A DNA stretch of 33,324 nt from Chloroflexota bacterium (GTDB lineage Bacteria > Chloroflexota > Limnocylindria > QHBO01): NCBI GenBank assembly GCA_040005815.1, contig JBDTYC010000002.1, positions 1 through 33,324 of the forward strand. Direction: 5' to 3'. Position 1 is the first letter of the stretch, and each line of letters opens with the position of its first letter. This document shows, piece after piece, positions 1 through 7,359 of the stretch. Position numbers and translations under genes: made by a program. Under the pieces are notes generated by a model. That model was given only the letters and a program-made list of their open reading frames with translations. It was not told the origin of the DNA and ran no database searches.

Positions 1-110
1 CGCATGATCCGGTGCGCGACCGCGAAGAGCCAGTCGGCATGCACGCGCGCCAGGGCACCGAAGGCGTCCTTGTCGCCGTGGCGTGCGCGCTCAACGAGGT
101 CGCTATCCAT
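1..110 (-). CDS. ECF-type sigma-70 family RNA polymerase sigma factor, N-terminal fragment (continues past the left edge)
   Basis: Minus-strand ATG at 110..108. The translation MDSDLVERARHGDKDAFGALARVHADWLFAVAHRIM stays open to position 1. The pattern LV.RA..GD..AF..L......L is the usual start of region 2 in ECF sigma factors. GGGAG lies directly upstream. Confidence 0.5.
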   Translation of the reverse strand, partial: MDSDLVERARHGDKDAFGALARVHADWLFAVAHRIM

Positions 111-233
111 CTCCCGCCGTCTAACTGACGTGCCGGACGGCACATTCACCTCTCATTGAGGGATATGGGCACCGACTCGTTCAATTGTTGATAGGCGCCA
201 CGGGCTGGTGCCGGCAACACGTCAACGACGCCC

Positions 234-1415
234 CTAGCGCGAGCCCGCCACTTCCCCAGGCGCGAGGCGGGCGAGGATACCCTCTGGCGCCCCCAACGGG
301 AGGTCGGGCTCGATCGCAGAGTCGGTCGTGCGATCCGCCAGCGCGGCCTCCAGCTGGGCGATCATCGAAGCGCTGCTCGCGTTGAAGATGCCCTCGTACA
401 TCGGCAGTAGGCCCTCCAGGATCGTCCGCTCCTTCGCGGTCTTGGGCCAGGCGTAGCGGAAATGGACCGTGGTGCCGGAGTTGGTCGGCTCGAGCTCGAC
501 CGTACAGAGCATCTTCATCGGCCCAGCGGGGGTGTTGATCGTCGACCGGTTGCTCCAGTAGTCGTACGGGCGCCAGTCGAGGATCTCCTCGATGACCGCC
601 TCGGTGCCGTGCATGCAGTGGATGGTGGCGCCGACGCTGCGCCGATTGCCGGTGCTGTCAGTCAGGAGCACCTCGGTCACACCGGCCTGCCACCCCGCCC
701 GTCGACCCGGGACGGTCAGGAACTCCCAGGCGACCTGTGGTGGCGCGCCGGTGGGCACTGAGATGCCAAGCGCAGATTCCGCTGGCGACACGTAGATCAG
801 CTGGCGCGACTCCTCCTCCTGCCAACGACGCTCCAGGCCATGGACCCAGGTCGACAACTCCCCGATGTGCTCGTAGGCCGCGGTCAGCGGGCGCATGCCG
901 AGGGCGGCCGGATCGATCGCCATGGCGCTCACCGCGGCCTCGGAGAAGAGCGCGTAAGCGCCGATGCCGAGCTGCTCGACGACGTCGTTCTTCAGGAGCC
1001 GATGGACGACGATCACCTCCGAGCCCAGCAGCTCCTCGCTGCCGGCAATCCGCTGCCGCAGGACCTGGCCATGGTGGACGACGAACTTCAGGTTGAGATC
1101 GGGGATCCGGACGCAGGCGTTGCACTCGCACGACGTGGCCTGCCGGACGTCACGTCGGCGCCTGCGGAATCCGAAGTAGCAGCGCTCGATCGTGTCGAGC
1201 AGGAGCGACCCGTCGAGCTTCCCGGCTGGTGCCGCGACGAAGGCGGCATCGCCCTCGAGCTTCGCGAGGCGGAATCCGGGTCGCAGCGAGGTCACCACGG
1301 TACCGATCAGGTCGGCAAGGATGTCTTGCGCGTGATCGAGTTCAACACTGGCGAGATAGCCGGTGTATCCGGAGATATCGGCGATCAGCAGCCAGGTCGG
1401 CTCGGGCTGGATCAT
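234..1415 (-). CDS. DUF2652 (class III nucleotidyl-cyclase-like fold) fused to an SRPBCC/polyketide-cyclase-like ligand-binding domain
   Basis: 393-aa ORF. The N-terminal motifs LLIADISGYTGYL and LAKLEGDAAFV resemble the two metal-binding Asp motifs of class III cyclases and DUF2652. The C-terminal ~150 aa (WEFLTVPGRRAGW...HFRYAWP) look SRPBCC-like. ATG at 1415. Confidence 0.75.
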   Translation of the reverse strand: MIQPEPTWLLIADISGYTGYLASVELDHAQDILADLIGTVVTSLRPGFRLAKLEGDAAFVAAPAGKLDGSLLLDTIERCYFGFRRRRRDVRQATSCECNACVRIPDLNLKFVVHHGQVLRQRIAGSEELLGSEVIVVHRLLKNDVVEQLGIGAYALFSEAAVSAMAIDPAALGMRPLTAAYEHIGELSTWVHGLERRWQEEESRQLIYVSPAESALGISVPTGAPPQVAWEFLTVPGRRAGWQAGVTEVLLTDSTGNRRSVGATIHCMHGTEAVIEEILDWRPYDYWSNRSTINTPAGPMKMLCTVELEPTNSGTTVHFRYAWPKTAKERTILEGLLPMYEGIFNASSASMIAQLEAALADRTTDSAIEPDLPLGAPEGILARLAPGEVAGSR

Positions 1416-1421
1416 GGCGTC

Positions 1422-1427
1422 ACGCTA
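1422..1427 (-). promoter_or_regulatory. TAGCGT hexamer 6 nt upstream of ATG 1415 (possible -10; its TAG is also the stop of the upstream gene)
   Basis: The minus strand reads tggTAGCGTgacgccATG. This case is weaker because the TA comes from the stop codon. Confidence 0.25.
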
Positions 1428-1853
1428 CCAGAGCGCCAGGCCGGTCACCTCATCTGGCGTCCTGACCAGCTCGACGCCCGTCATCTCTCGGATGCTGACC
1501 TCCGCCACGAAGACCTCGCAACCCGGGAGCAGGTGACCGCCGACGGCCTCCCCGGTGCGCGTCGCGAAGCTCCCGTGCGCATGCAGGAACTGCCGATCCT
1601 CACGCATCGAGATGTTGCCGATGAACCCCGTGATCTCGTGATGCTCGGCGCTCTCCAGCTCGACGTATCGGCGCTCATGCTGGTCGTAGTAGGCGAAGGC
1701 GGCATGTCGAACCGCACCGATTGCGTTCACCCAGGCTGCACTCACCTTCTGCTCGGCGCAGAAGCGTTCGATCCCTTCCACCAGGTCGTCCCCCGTCTCG
1801 ATCCGCCCGACCCAGATGCGCCCCTGCTTGGCTTCCCAGAAGCGTCCCGCCAT
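1425..1853 (-). CDS. PPC (DUF296) domain protein
   Basis: 142-aa ORF of typical PPC/DUF296 size and pattern (IGAV..A...Y......Y......E.....GNI......FLHAH..F....G...GGHL). A strong SD (GAGGAGAAGG) lies upstream of ATG 1853. Confidence 0.7.
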   Translation of the reverse strand: MAGRFWEAKQGRIWVGRIETGDDLVEGIERFCAEQKVSAAWVNAIGAVRHAAFAYYDQHERRYVELESAEHHEITGFIGNISMREDRQFLHAHGSFATRTGEAVGGHLLPGCEVFVAEVSIREMTGVELVRTPDEVTGLALW

Positions 1854-1865
1854 CGACCTTCTCCT

Positions 1866-4388
1866 CTATTCGTGATGCGCGATGGTACGCACGATCGGGA
1901 TGCGAGCTGCCAGGCGCGCCGGATATAGACCGGCCAGCGCCGCAACTCCCGTCCCCAGCAGCAGCACGCTGATCAATAGCGGCCACGGAATGGCCAGCCC
2001 GGCGCCGAAGTCGCGCGAGGCGGTGCCGCCGACCACGGCCCACGACATGAGGAGCCCGGTCACGATCGCGGCGATCCCGCCGATGGCGCCCATGATCGAC
2101 GCCTCGGCCACCACCATCGCCTGCACCTGCCCGGTGGTCATGCCGTGGGAGCGTAGGATGGCGATCTCTCGGGCGCGCTCCAGCACGCTGACGCCGAGCG
2201 TGTTAACGATTCCCAGCCCGGCGATCACGACTGCCAGCAGCGAGAGGACGTCGAAGAGGCCGATGACCCGGTCCAGAGAACGCTCCAGGTCACTCGACAG
2301 CCCTGATGCGGTGAGCAACTCCGCCGAATCGTCCCTTGCCTGTTGAGCAGTCGCGGCATGAAAGGCTGCATCGGGGAAGCTGGACTGCTTCACGAGAGCC
2401 CATACCTCGGCCGCGTTGGCGCCGAAGAGCGTGCGGGCATCGGCCAGGCTGATGAGGGCTGAACCGTCGGCGGATCGGCCCGGCAGGCTGTAGGCGATGA
2501 TCCCCGCCACCGTGAATGTGTGCGCATCCTGGCCCGGCACGGCGAGCTGGACAGTGGAGCCGATGCCGAGCTTGTCCCGTCGCGCGATCGGATCCGAAAC
2601 CAAGATCGCTCCCCCGTCATGGAGGGCCTGGAACGCGGCTTCGCGTGTGCCCGTCACGAAGATGAGCGACCCGGTGCTCGAGAAGACGGTCGGATCGATG
2701 CCCGCGACCGATGCCTCACGTGGTTCCTTGCCGTCGATCTGCACCACGGCCGGGAAGGCGACGACGGGAGTGACAATAGCCACTCCCGCGACGTCCTCCA
2801 GATCCGGCAGCTTCGCGTCGATGTCAACTGGGAGCGGATAGCGGATCGCGTAGCCGCCTGGAAGCACCGAGTTCACCCATCGGTCAGCCGTTGCGCCGGC
2901 GCTGTTGGCGACCACGCCAAGCGTCACGACTGCGCTCAGCGCAATGATCAGCGCGCCGATCGTCAGGCCGGTGCGTGCCCGATCTCGCCCGAGGTTCGCG
3001 CGACCCAGCAGTCCCTCTGCACCGAAGAACCACTCGAACGGCCGGCCCACGATGCGGCTGATCGGCTGGAGCAGGATGGCGGTCAGCGCCGTGCCAGCGA
3101 GCAGGATGGCGAGCGCCAGGGCGACCCCCGGTACTCCGAAGTCGCCTCGATCCACTGGGTAGGCCGCGACGCCGAGAAGCACGACGACCAGTTGCAGAAC
3201 CACGATCCAGCGCAGGCGCCCCCACAGCGTTCGGCCTGGCTGCCGCGACGGACGCAGGGCATCCATCGGCGAGACGCGGGCAGCGGCGGCGGCGGGGAAC
3301 GCGGACGCGGCCAGCGTAACCGCGATCCCCATGCCGAAGCCAAGCAGCAGGGAGAACGGGTTGAGGGGCACCCCCGTCACCAGCACCGCGTGGGTGCTGC
3401 GCAGGAAGCCGATGATCAGGGTGGCCAGGCCGACCCCCAAGGCGACCCCCAGCACGCTCCCAATGAGGGCCACCGCCGCGCCCTGGCGCAGGAATAGACC
3501 CACCACTTGGCGGCCGGTCAGGCCGGCGGCTCGGAGCAGGCCGATCTCCCGGGTCTGCTCGCTGAGCGTCATGGCCAGCGTGTTGACGACCAGGAACGAG
3601 CCGACCACCAGCGCCACGAGGCCGAAGAGGAAGGCGATCCCCGCGAAGCCCTGCTGCGCCCTGCCGAGCTGGATCTGCGCGTCGGCGACGGTCTCGACCA
3701 TGAACGGCTCGGTCATGTGGCGATCGAGCGCGTCCTGTACGTCCTGCTCACGTCCATCGACCACATCCAGATCGACGTAGGCGAGCGGTGCGGGAACGTC
3801 GAAGGCCTCATTGAGGGTCGTGCGATTCATCACCAGCACGTTCCCCTGCTGGAGTGCTCCGACACCCAACTCGCCCAGGAGCCCCACGATGCGCAGGTGA
3901 GGTTTGCGAGTCCCAGTGAGCACCAGCTCGTCCCCGATCGAGAAGCCGTTGTCGGCGGCCCAGCGTGCATTGACCATGGCGTCGGTTGGGGTGGTGCCGA
4001 TGAATGTGCCCGCTTCCAGGTCATACGTGCGGATGCGAGCCTCGTCCTCAGGGTCCACTCCCAGGACGAGCAGGTTGTAGCCCGTCTGGATCAGGTCGCT
4101 GACCAGCAGGCGGCGCTCAGCGACCGGTGCCACTTCCGATACTCCAGCGATCCGGCGGAGCAGCTCGAGGGTCCGTGGCTCGAAGCCGGCCGGTTCGAAG
4201 GCGCGGACCCGCAGCTCAGCCTTTCCGAAGATCTCCTGCGCAGATCGCGCGACCGCCTCGCTGGCAGCCTGGTTGGCAAGCAGCGTCCCGGAGACCAGGG
4301 CCACGCCCAGCGCGACGCCGATGATGGTCAGCGACGAACGTAGCCGCCGCGCGGTGAGGCCGCGCCAGGCGAGGGTCGCCAGGCGCAT
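1866..4388 (-). CDS. ABC transporter permease with two FtsX-type domains (MacB/YbbP-like)
   Basis: 840-aa ORF with an N-terminal TM helix, large extracytoplasmic segments and two FtsX-like four-helix blocks (around REIGLLRAAGLT and REIAILRSHGMT). It lies 4 nt downstream of its ATPase gene. Confidence 0.9.
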   Translation of the reverse strand: MRLATLAWRGLTARRLRSSLTIIGVALGVALVSGTLLANQAASEAVARSAQEIFGKAELRVRAFEPAGFEPRTLELLRRIAGVSEVAPVAERRLLVSDLIQTGYNLLVLGVDPEDEARIRTYDLEAGTFIGTTPTDAMVNARWAADNGFSIGDELVLTGTRKPHLRIVGLLGELGVGALQQGNVLVMNRTTLNEAFDVPAPLAYVDLDVVDGREQDVQDALDRHMTEPFMVETVADAQIQLGRAQQGFAGIAFLFGLVALVVGSFLVVNTLAMTLSEQTREIGLLRAAGLTGRQVVGLFLRQGAAVALIGSVLGVALGVGLATLIIGFLRSTHAVLVTGVPLNPFSLLLGFGMGIAVTLAASAFPAAAAARVSPMDALRPSRQPGRTLWGRLRWIVVLQLVVVLLGVAAYPVDRGDFGVPGVALALAILLAGTALTAILLQPISRIVGRPFEWFFGAEGLLGRANLGRDRARTGLTIGALIIALSAVVTLGVVANSAGATADRWVNSVLPGGYAIRYPLPVDIDAKLPDLEDVAGVAIVTPVVAFPAVVQIDGKEPREASVAGIDPTVFSSTGSLIFVTGTREAAFQALHDGGAILVSDPIARRDKLGIGSTVQLAVPGQDAHTFTVAGIIAYSLPGRSADGSALISLADARTLFGANAAEVWALVKQSSFPDAAFHAATAQQARDDSAELLTASGLSSDLERSLDRVIGLFDVLSLLAVVIAGLGIVNTLGVSVLERAREIAILRSHGMTTGQVQAMVVAEASIMGAIGGIAAIVTGLLMSWAVVGGTASRDFGAGLAIPWPLLISVLLLGTGVAALAGLYPARLAARIPIVRTIAHHE

Positions 4389-4392
4389 CGGC

Positions 4393-5139
4393 CTAGAGCC
4401 CCAGGGCGGCCAGGCGGGTGATCAGCGGCCGTGCTTCATGGTCGCGCCGTCGTCCCAGCTCGATCTCGTCGCGTATCGTCCCGTCTCGGACGATGAGGAC
4501 CCGATCGGCGTACGCGGCGGCGCGTGCATCGTGGGTAACCAGCACGATCGTCTGTCCGAGCCGATCGCAGGAGTCCCAGATCAGGTCCAGGATCTCGGTG
4601 CCGGTGGTGAAGTCGAGGTTGCCCGTCGGCTCATCGGCGAGGAGGATCGCCGGCTCGTTGGCCAGGGCGCGGGCCAGGGCGACCCGCTGCTGCTCGCCCG
4701 CGGAGAGTTGGTCCGGCTTGTGCTTCGCCTTGTCCGAGAGCCCCACCAGCTCGAGCAGAGCGTCGACGCGCTCGCGGTGGTCTGCCAGAGAGTCGCCGGC
4801 GATGAGGAACGGCAGTGCGACGTTCTCGGCCACGTTCAGGAGCGAGATGAGGTTGAAGAACTGGAAGACGAACCCGGTCTTGGCACGCCGGGTCAGCGTC
4901 GCGTCCTCGTCGTTGAGCTGGCTGATGTTGATCCCGTCAATCAGGACGCTTCCCTCGGATGGCCGATCGAGGCCGCCGAGGAGGTGCAGCATCGTCGACT
5001 TGCCGGAGCCGGACGACCCCATGATCGCCACGAACTCGCCCTTGGCGACCGAGAGGGAGACGCCTCGCAGAGCGTCGACGGAGCCGTCCCGAAGCGGATA
5101 GCGCTTGACGAGGTCGTGCGCTTCGAGGATCACCGACAT
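4393..5139 (-). CDS. ABC transporter ATP-binding protein (MacB/LolD family)
   Basis: 248 aa with Walker A GSSGSGKST, ABC signature LSAGEQQRVALARAL and Walker B ILLADEPTGNLD. ATG 5139 has no SD and lies 7 nt below TAGACT. Confidence 0.95.
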   Translation of the reverse strand: MSVILEAHDLVKRYPLRDGSVDALRGVSLSVAKGEFVAIMGSSGSGKSTMLHLLGGLDRPSEGSVLIDGINISQLNDEDATLTRRAKTGFVFQFFNLISLLNVAENVALPFLIAGDSLADHRERVDALLELVGLSDKAKHKPDQLSAGEQQRVALARALANEPAILLADEPTGNLDFTTGTEILDLIWDSCDRLGQTIVLVTHDARAAAYADRVLIVRDGTIRDEIELGRRRDHEARPLITRLAALGL

Positions 5140-5146
5140 CGGTGGA

Positions 5147-5152
5147 AGTCTA
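5147..5152 (-). promoter_or_regulatory. -10-like TAGACT, 7 nt upstream of ATG 5139 (leaderless candidate)
   Basis: The minus strand reads ggcTAGACTtccaccgATG. No SD is present. Confidence 0.5.
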
Positions 5153-5199
5153 GCCCGGCCACGCGGGCCGATGCAGGCGCGACGGGCGCCCGCGGGTGA

Positions 5200-6150
5200 T
5201 CAACCGAGGAAGAAGCTGAGCAGCGAGCCGATCACTGTCTCGAAGATGCCGCGGTCGGGGGCCGGGACCGTCTGGACTCGCATGCTGCGCGCCACCAGCG
5301 CGTTGGGCTCGGGAGCGTCGTTACCGACAGTCGGGTGCGCAGTGGCGATCGGGCTCGCCACCTCAGGCTCGAAAGTCGGTTCGAGTGTCGCGCTGGGAGT
5401 CTCGCCCGGGGTCTGCATCGGCGTGGCGGTCGCCGTCTCCAGAGGGATCTGGTGCGGCGTGTTGACTGGGGCCGGCTTCGGCGTGGGCGCTGGAGTGGGG
5501 GCCGGCGGCTTCGGTGTCGCGGTTGGCGGCTTTGGCGTCGGCGCGGGAGTGGGCGGCGGAGGCGGAGGCGGCGTCGCGGTCGGGGCCGGTGCCGACTTCA
5601 GCTTGATGAACAGCTCGGTATACATCCGGATATTGCGGATCTTGCCGCCCCACATCACGCCGTCCGCGCCGTATGCACCCACGCCGCCGTGGGACCAGTT
5701 TGGATTGAGGATATTGGCCCGGTGCCCCGAGGAGTTCATGAACCCCTCGTTGATCTTTACCGGTGAGTCGGCGTCGGAGAAGCCGTTGTTGTAGCCGATG
5801 TTCTCCCCACCCGACGACCAGCTCAGCCCGTTGGTGTCATACCAGTGGTAGACCTGATAGTTCGTGCCCAGGATCACATGGTCGAAATAGTCCCGATCTA
5901 CCATGTCCTTGCTGCGCCAGCGCGCCAGGCTCACCAGCGTGCTGTGCTTGACCAGCGGCGGCAGGCCGTTGTTGGTGCGGTCGCCGTTCAGCAGCTGCCA
6001 GAGCGTCGCCTCGGCGGCCGACTGGTCCCATCCGGTTGCGGGCTGGGGCGTCCAGGCCAGCAGCGCTGCCGCCAGCAGAGCGGTTCCGGACAGGGCGATG
6101 GCACGCGCCATGACCCGGCGTGGCTGTCGGCGGGGCATCTCGGTGAACAT
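5200..6150 (-). CDS. Secreted CAP/SCP (YkwD-like) domain protein with a Pro/Thr-rich linker
   Basis: The ORF-track model is 5200..6213. CAP-type motifs are NGLPPL...HS..M......F.H........GENIG...........GFMNSSGHRANILNP....GVG. A signal-like segment is RRVMARAIALSGTALLAAALLAW. I prefer ATG 6150 (MFTEMPRRQ...) because TACGCT sits 6 nt upstream. Starts at 6213, 6138 or 6111 remain possible. Confidence 0.8.
   Translation of the reverse strand: MFTEMPRRQPRRVMARAIALSGTALLAAALLAWTPQPATGWDQSAAEATLWQLLNGDRTNNGLPPLVKHSTLVSLARWRSKDMVDRDYFDHVILGTNYQVYHWYDTNGLSWSSGGENIGYNNGFSDADSPVKINEGFMNSSGHRANILNPNWSHGGVGAYGADGVMWGGKIRNIRMYTELFIKLKSAPAPTATPPPPPPPTPAPTPKPPTATPKPPAPTPAPTPKPAPVNTPHQIPLETATATPMQTPGETPSATLEPTFEPEVASPIATAHPTVGNDAPEPNALVARSMRVQTVPAPDRGIFETVIGSLLSFFLG
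5455..5595. repeat. Imperfect in-frame repeats encoding a Pro/Thr/Ala/Lys-rich linker in the CAP protein
   Basis: The translation is SAPAPTATPPPPPPPTPAPTPKPPTATPKPPAPTPAPTPKPAPVNTP. The DNA shows reiterated ggcttcggcgt / ggctttggcgt-type units. Confidence 0.8.
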
Positions 6151-6156
6151 GCAGGG

Positions 6157-6162
6157 AGCGTA
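6157..6162 (-). promoter_or_regulatory. -10-like TACGCT, 6 nt upstream of ATG 6150 (leaderless candidate for the CAP gene)
   Basis: The minus strand reads tcccTACGCTccctgcATG. Confidence 0.4.
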
Positions 6163-6296
6163 GGGACCGGCAGGCGAATGGTCTGTAGTGCACACGTCCC
6201 GGCCAGCCGCCATGACCTATGGACCCGCGGTCATGTACCGCCTGTAGGACCATGGGTGGTGCGCCGCGGCACCACAGCGGCCGGAAGCCACCCGAC

Positions 6297-6302
6297 TAAG
6301 AT
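6297..6302 (+). promoter_or_regulatory. -10-like TAAGAT upstream of the small ORF (leader of about 35 nt containing AGGAG)
   Basis: The plus strand reads cccgacTAAGATgaacag. No good -35 element is present. Confidence 0.3.
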
Positions 6303-6342
6303 GAACAGAGCCCACTCAGGCATACGGTAAAGGAGACTGAAC

Positions 6343-6426
6343 ATGAGAGGCGGAGGCGTCGGAATCATCGGCGTGATCGTGATCGTCCTGGTGATCCTAT
6401 GGATCGTTGGCGTCATCAAGATCTGA
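6343..6426 (+). CDS. Small hydrophobic membrane peptide, 27 aa (not in the ORF track)
   Basis: The ORF from ATG 6343 to TGA 6424..6426 encodes MRGGGVGIIGVIVIVLVILWIVGVIKI. AGGAG at 6331..6335 lies 7 nt upstream of the ATG. TAAGAT at 6297..6302 could be a -10 box. Third codon positions are mostly G/C, as in the neighbouring genes. There is one predicted TM helix flanked by R and K. Confidence 0.55.
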   Translation: MRGGGVGIIGVIVIVLVILWIVGVIKI

Positions 6427-6445
6427 TCTGCGATCGGGAAGAGAG

Positions 6446-6522
6446 TGGGGTGGCCTACGGGGGTCGAACCCGTAACCTTCGGATCCACAATCCGATGCTC
6501 TGCCGGTTGAGCTAAGGCCACC
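6446..6522 (-). tRNA. tRNA-His (anticodon GTG) with encoded G-1 and 3' CCA
   Basis: The reverse complement folds as a cloverleaf: G(-1) GTGGCCT TA GCTC AACCGGCA GAGC A TCGGA TTGTGGA TCCGA AGGTT ACGGG TTCGACC CCCGT AGGCCAC C CCA. The anticodon loop is TT-GTG-GA. The extra 5' G opposite discriminator C is the bacterial tRNA-His hallmark. Confidence 0.95.
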
Positions 6523-6556
6523 ACGGGACGCACGCGGAGCGGCGAGGGCGGGCCGG

Positions 6557-6586
6557 ATTCTCCCACGCGCTCGAGACGAGCGTCAA
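6557..6586 (-). promoter_or_regulatory. tRNA-His promoter: -35 TTGACG, 18-nt spacer, extended -10 TGgGAGAAT
   Basis: The minus strand reads TTGACGctcgtctcgagcgcgTGgGAGAAT. It ends about 35 nt upstream of the tRNA 5' end and begins just after the GlsB stop codon. Confidence 0.5.
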
Positions 6587-6588
6587 AC

Positions 6589-6852
6589 CTAGCGCCGGCT
6601 CATGCCTCGCACCAAGAGGAGGACCAGGGCCGAGCCGAGAATCGCGATCAGGAGCGCCCCCAGGAACCCACCCGCTCGGTTCTGGTTGAGGACATTCGTC
6701 CAGACCCAGCCCCCTGCGAGCCCGCCCACGATGCCCAGCAGCGTGGTGCCGAAGCAGCCCATCCGCCCGTGATCAGGAACGAACCAGCCGGCGATGGCAC
6801 CGGCAAGGAAGCCGATGACGATCCAGCCGATGAGGTCCAGTCCAGCGGGCAT
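6589..6852 (-). CDS. GlsB/YeaQ/YmgE family (transglycosylase-associated) small membrane stress protein
   Basis: 87 aa with three Gly-rich TM segments. The pattern IGWIVIGFLAGAIAGW......G...TLLGIVGGLAGGW is typical of the family. Confidence 0.85.
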   Translation of the reverse strand: MPAGLDLIGWIVIGFLAGAIAGWFVPDHGRMGCFGTTLLGIVGGLAGGWVWTNVLNQNRAGGFLGALLIAILGSALVLLLVRGMSRR

Positions 6853-6858
6853 GACGGA

Positions 6859-6864
6859 ATCCTA
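6859..6864 (-). promoter_or_regulatory. TAGGAT 6 nt upstream of ATG 6852 (either a -10 or an AGGA Shine-Dalgarno; overlaps the upstream stop)
   Basis: The minus strand reads atcgTAGGATtccgtcATG. Confidence 0.25.
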
Positions 6865-7356
6865 CGATGCCCTGGCCGTCAGGGAGCGGGTGAAATCGGC
6901 GACCACCGCGCCGCTGTTGACGGTCGTCGGGAAGGCGGTCAGCGATGGGTCCGCCGGATCGATCGGCACCCCGTCGAAGGTCCAGGTGTCGCCTTCGCAG
7001 TCGGTCAGCCGGTCTGCGCCCAGGGTCAGGGCGCAGTCGTTGGTAGGGCTCCAGGCGTCGACGATGGCGAACGCTTCGAGGCCGATCGCGGAGACCACCA
7101 CCGTGAGCGATATCAGCTCGTCGTCGCGCCGGACCTCACCGGGCCAGCCGTGCGCCTCTCCCAGGACGATCTCGACCAGCGCGGGAACTTTCTTGATGGC
7201 AGCGGCCGATCCGACGGTGTAGTTCGCGTCACTAAGCGGCGGGGCGAAGCTGAAGATGAACGGGCGGACGAGGAGCAGGAGGCCGCCGACCGCCGCGGCC
7301 GCGATCAGGCCAGCCACCACCGAGCGGCGCACGGGGAGTGGGTCCCTGCGATCCAT
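6862..7356 (-). CDS. Membrane-anchored hypothetical protein with a Rieske-like C-terminal domain lacking cluster ligands
   Basis: 164 aa with an N-terminal TM helix (VVAGLIAAAAVGGLLLLV). The C-terminal segment AWSPTNDCALTLGADRLTDCEGDTWTFDGVPIDPADPSL aligns by eye with Rieske CxHxGC...CPCHGSxF..G...GPA, but the Cys/His ligands are replaced. It lies 3 nt downstream of the ABC-2 permease gene. Confidence 0.6.
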   Translation of the reverse strand: MDRRDPLPVRRSVVAGLIAAAAVGGLLLLVRPFIFSFAPPLSDANYTVGSAAAIKKVPALVEIVLGEAHGWPGEVRRDDELISLTVVVSAIGLEAFAIVDAWSPTNDCALTLGADRLTDCEGDTWTFDGVPIDPADPSLTAFPTTVNSGAVVADFTRSLTARAS

Positions 7357-7359
7357 TCC

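Noticed and set aside
111-233. An ECF-type autoregulated promoter (GGAAC-N16/17-CGTC) upstream of the sigma factor fragment, and the palindrome GTGCCG-ga-CGGCAC at 130..143.
   Set aside because: The only AAT...CGTC pair is spaced about 13 nt apart, which is too short. TTGCCG-18-TATCAA and TAGACG-7-ATG are only partial matches. The palindrome has a 2-nt loop and no U-tract, so it is neither a credible terminator nor a demonstrable operator.
6343-6440. A cluster of seven GATC sites, considered as a methylation or regulatory cluster.
   Set aside because: It is explained by the Ile-Val-rich coding sequence (ATC GTG ATC repeats) of the small ORF.
6231-6566. A 111-aa minus-strand ORF.
   Set aside because: It runs straight through the tRNA-His gene and the antisense of the small ORF. 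It has no start context and is an artefact.
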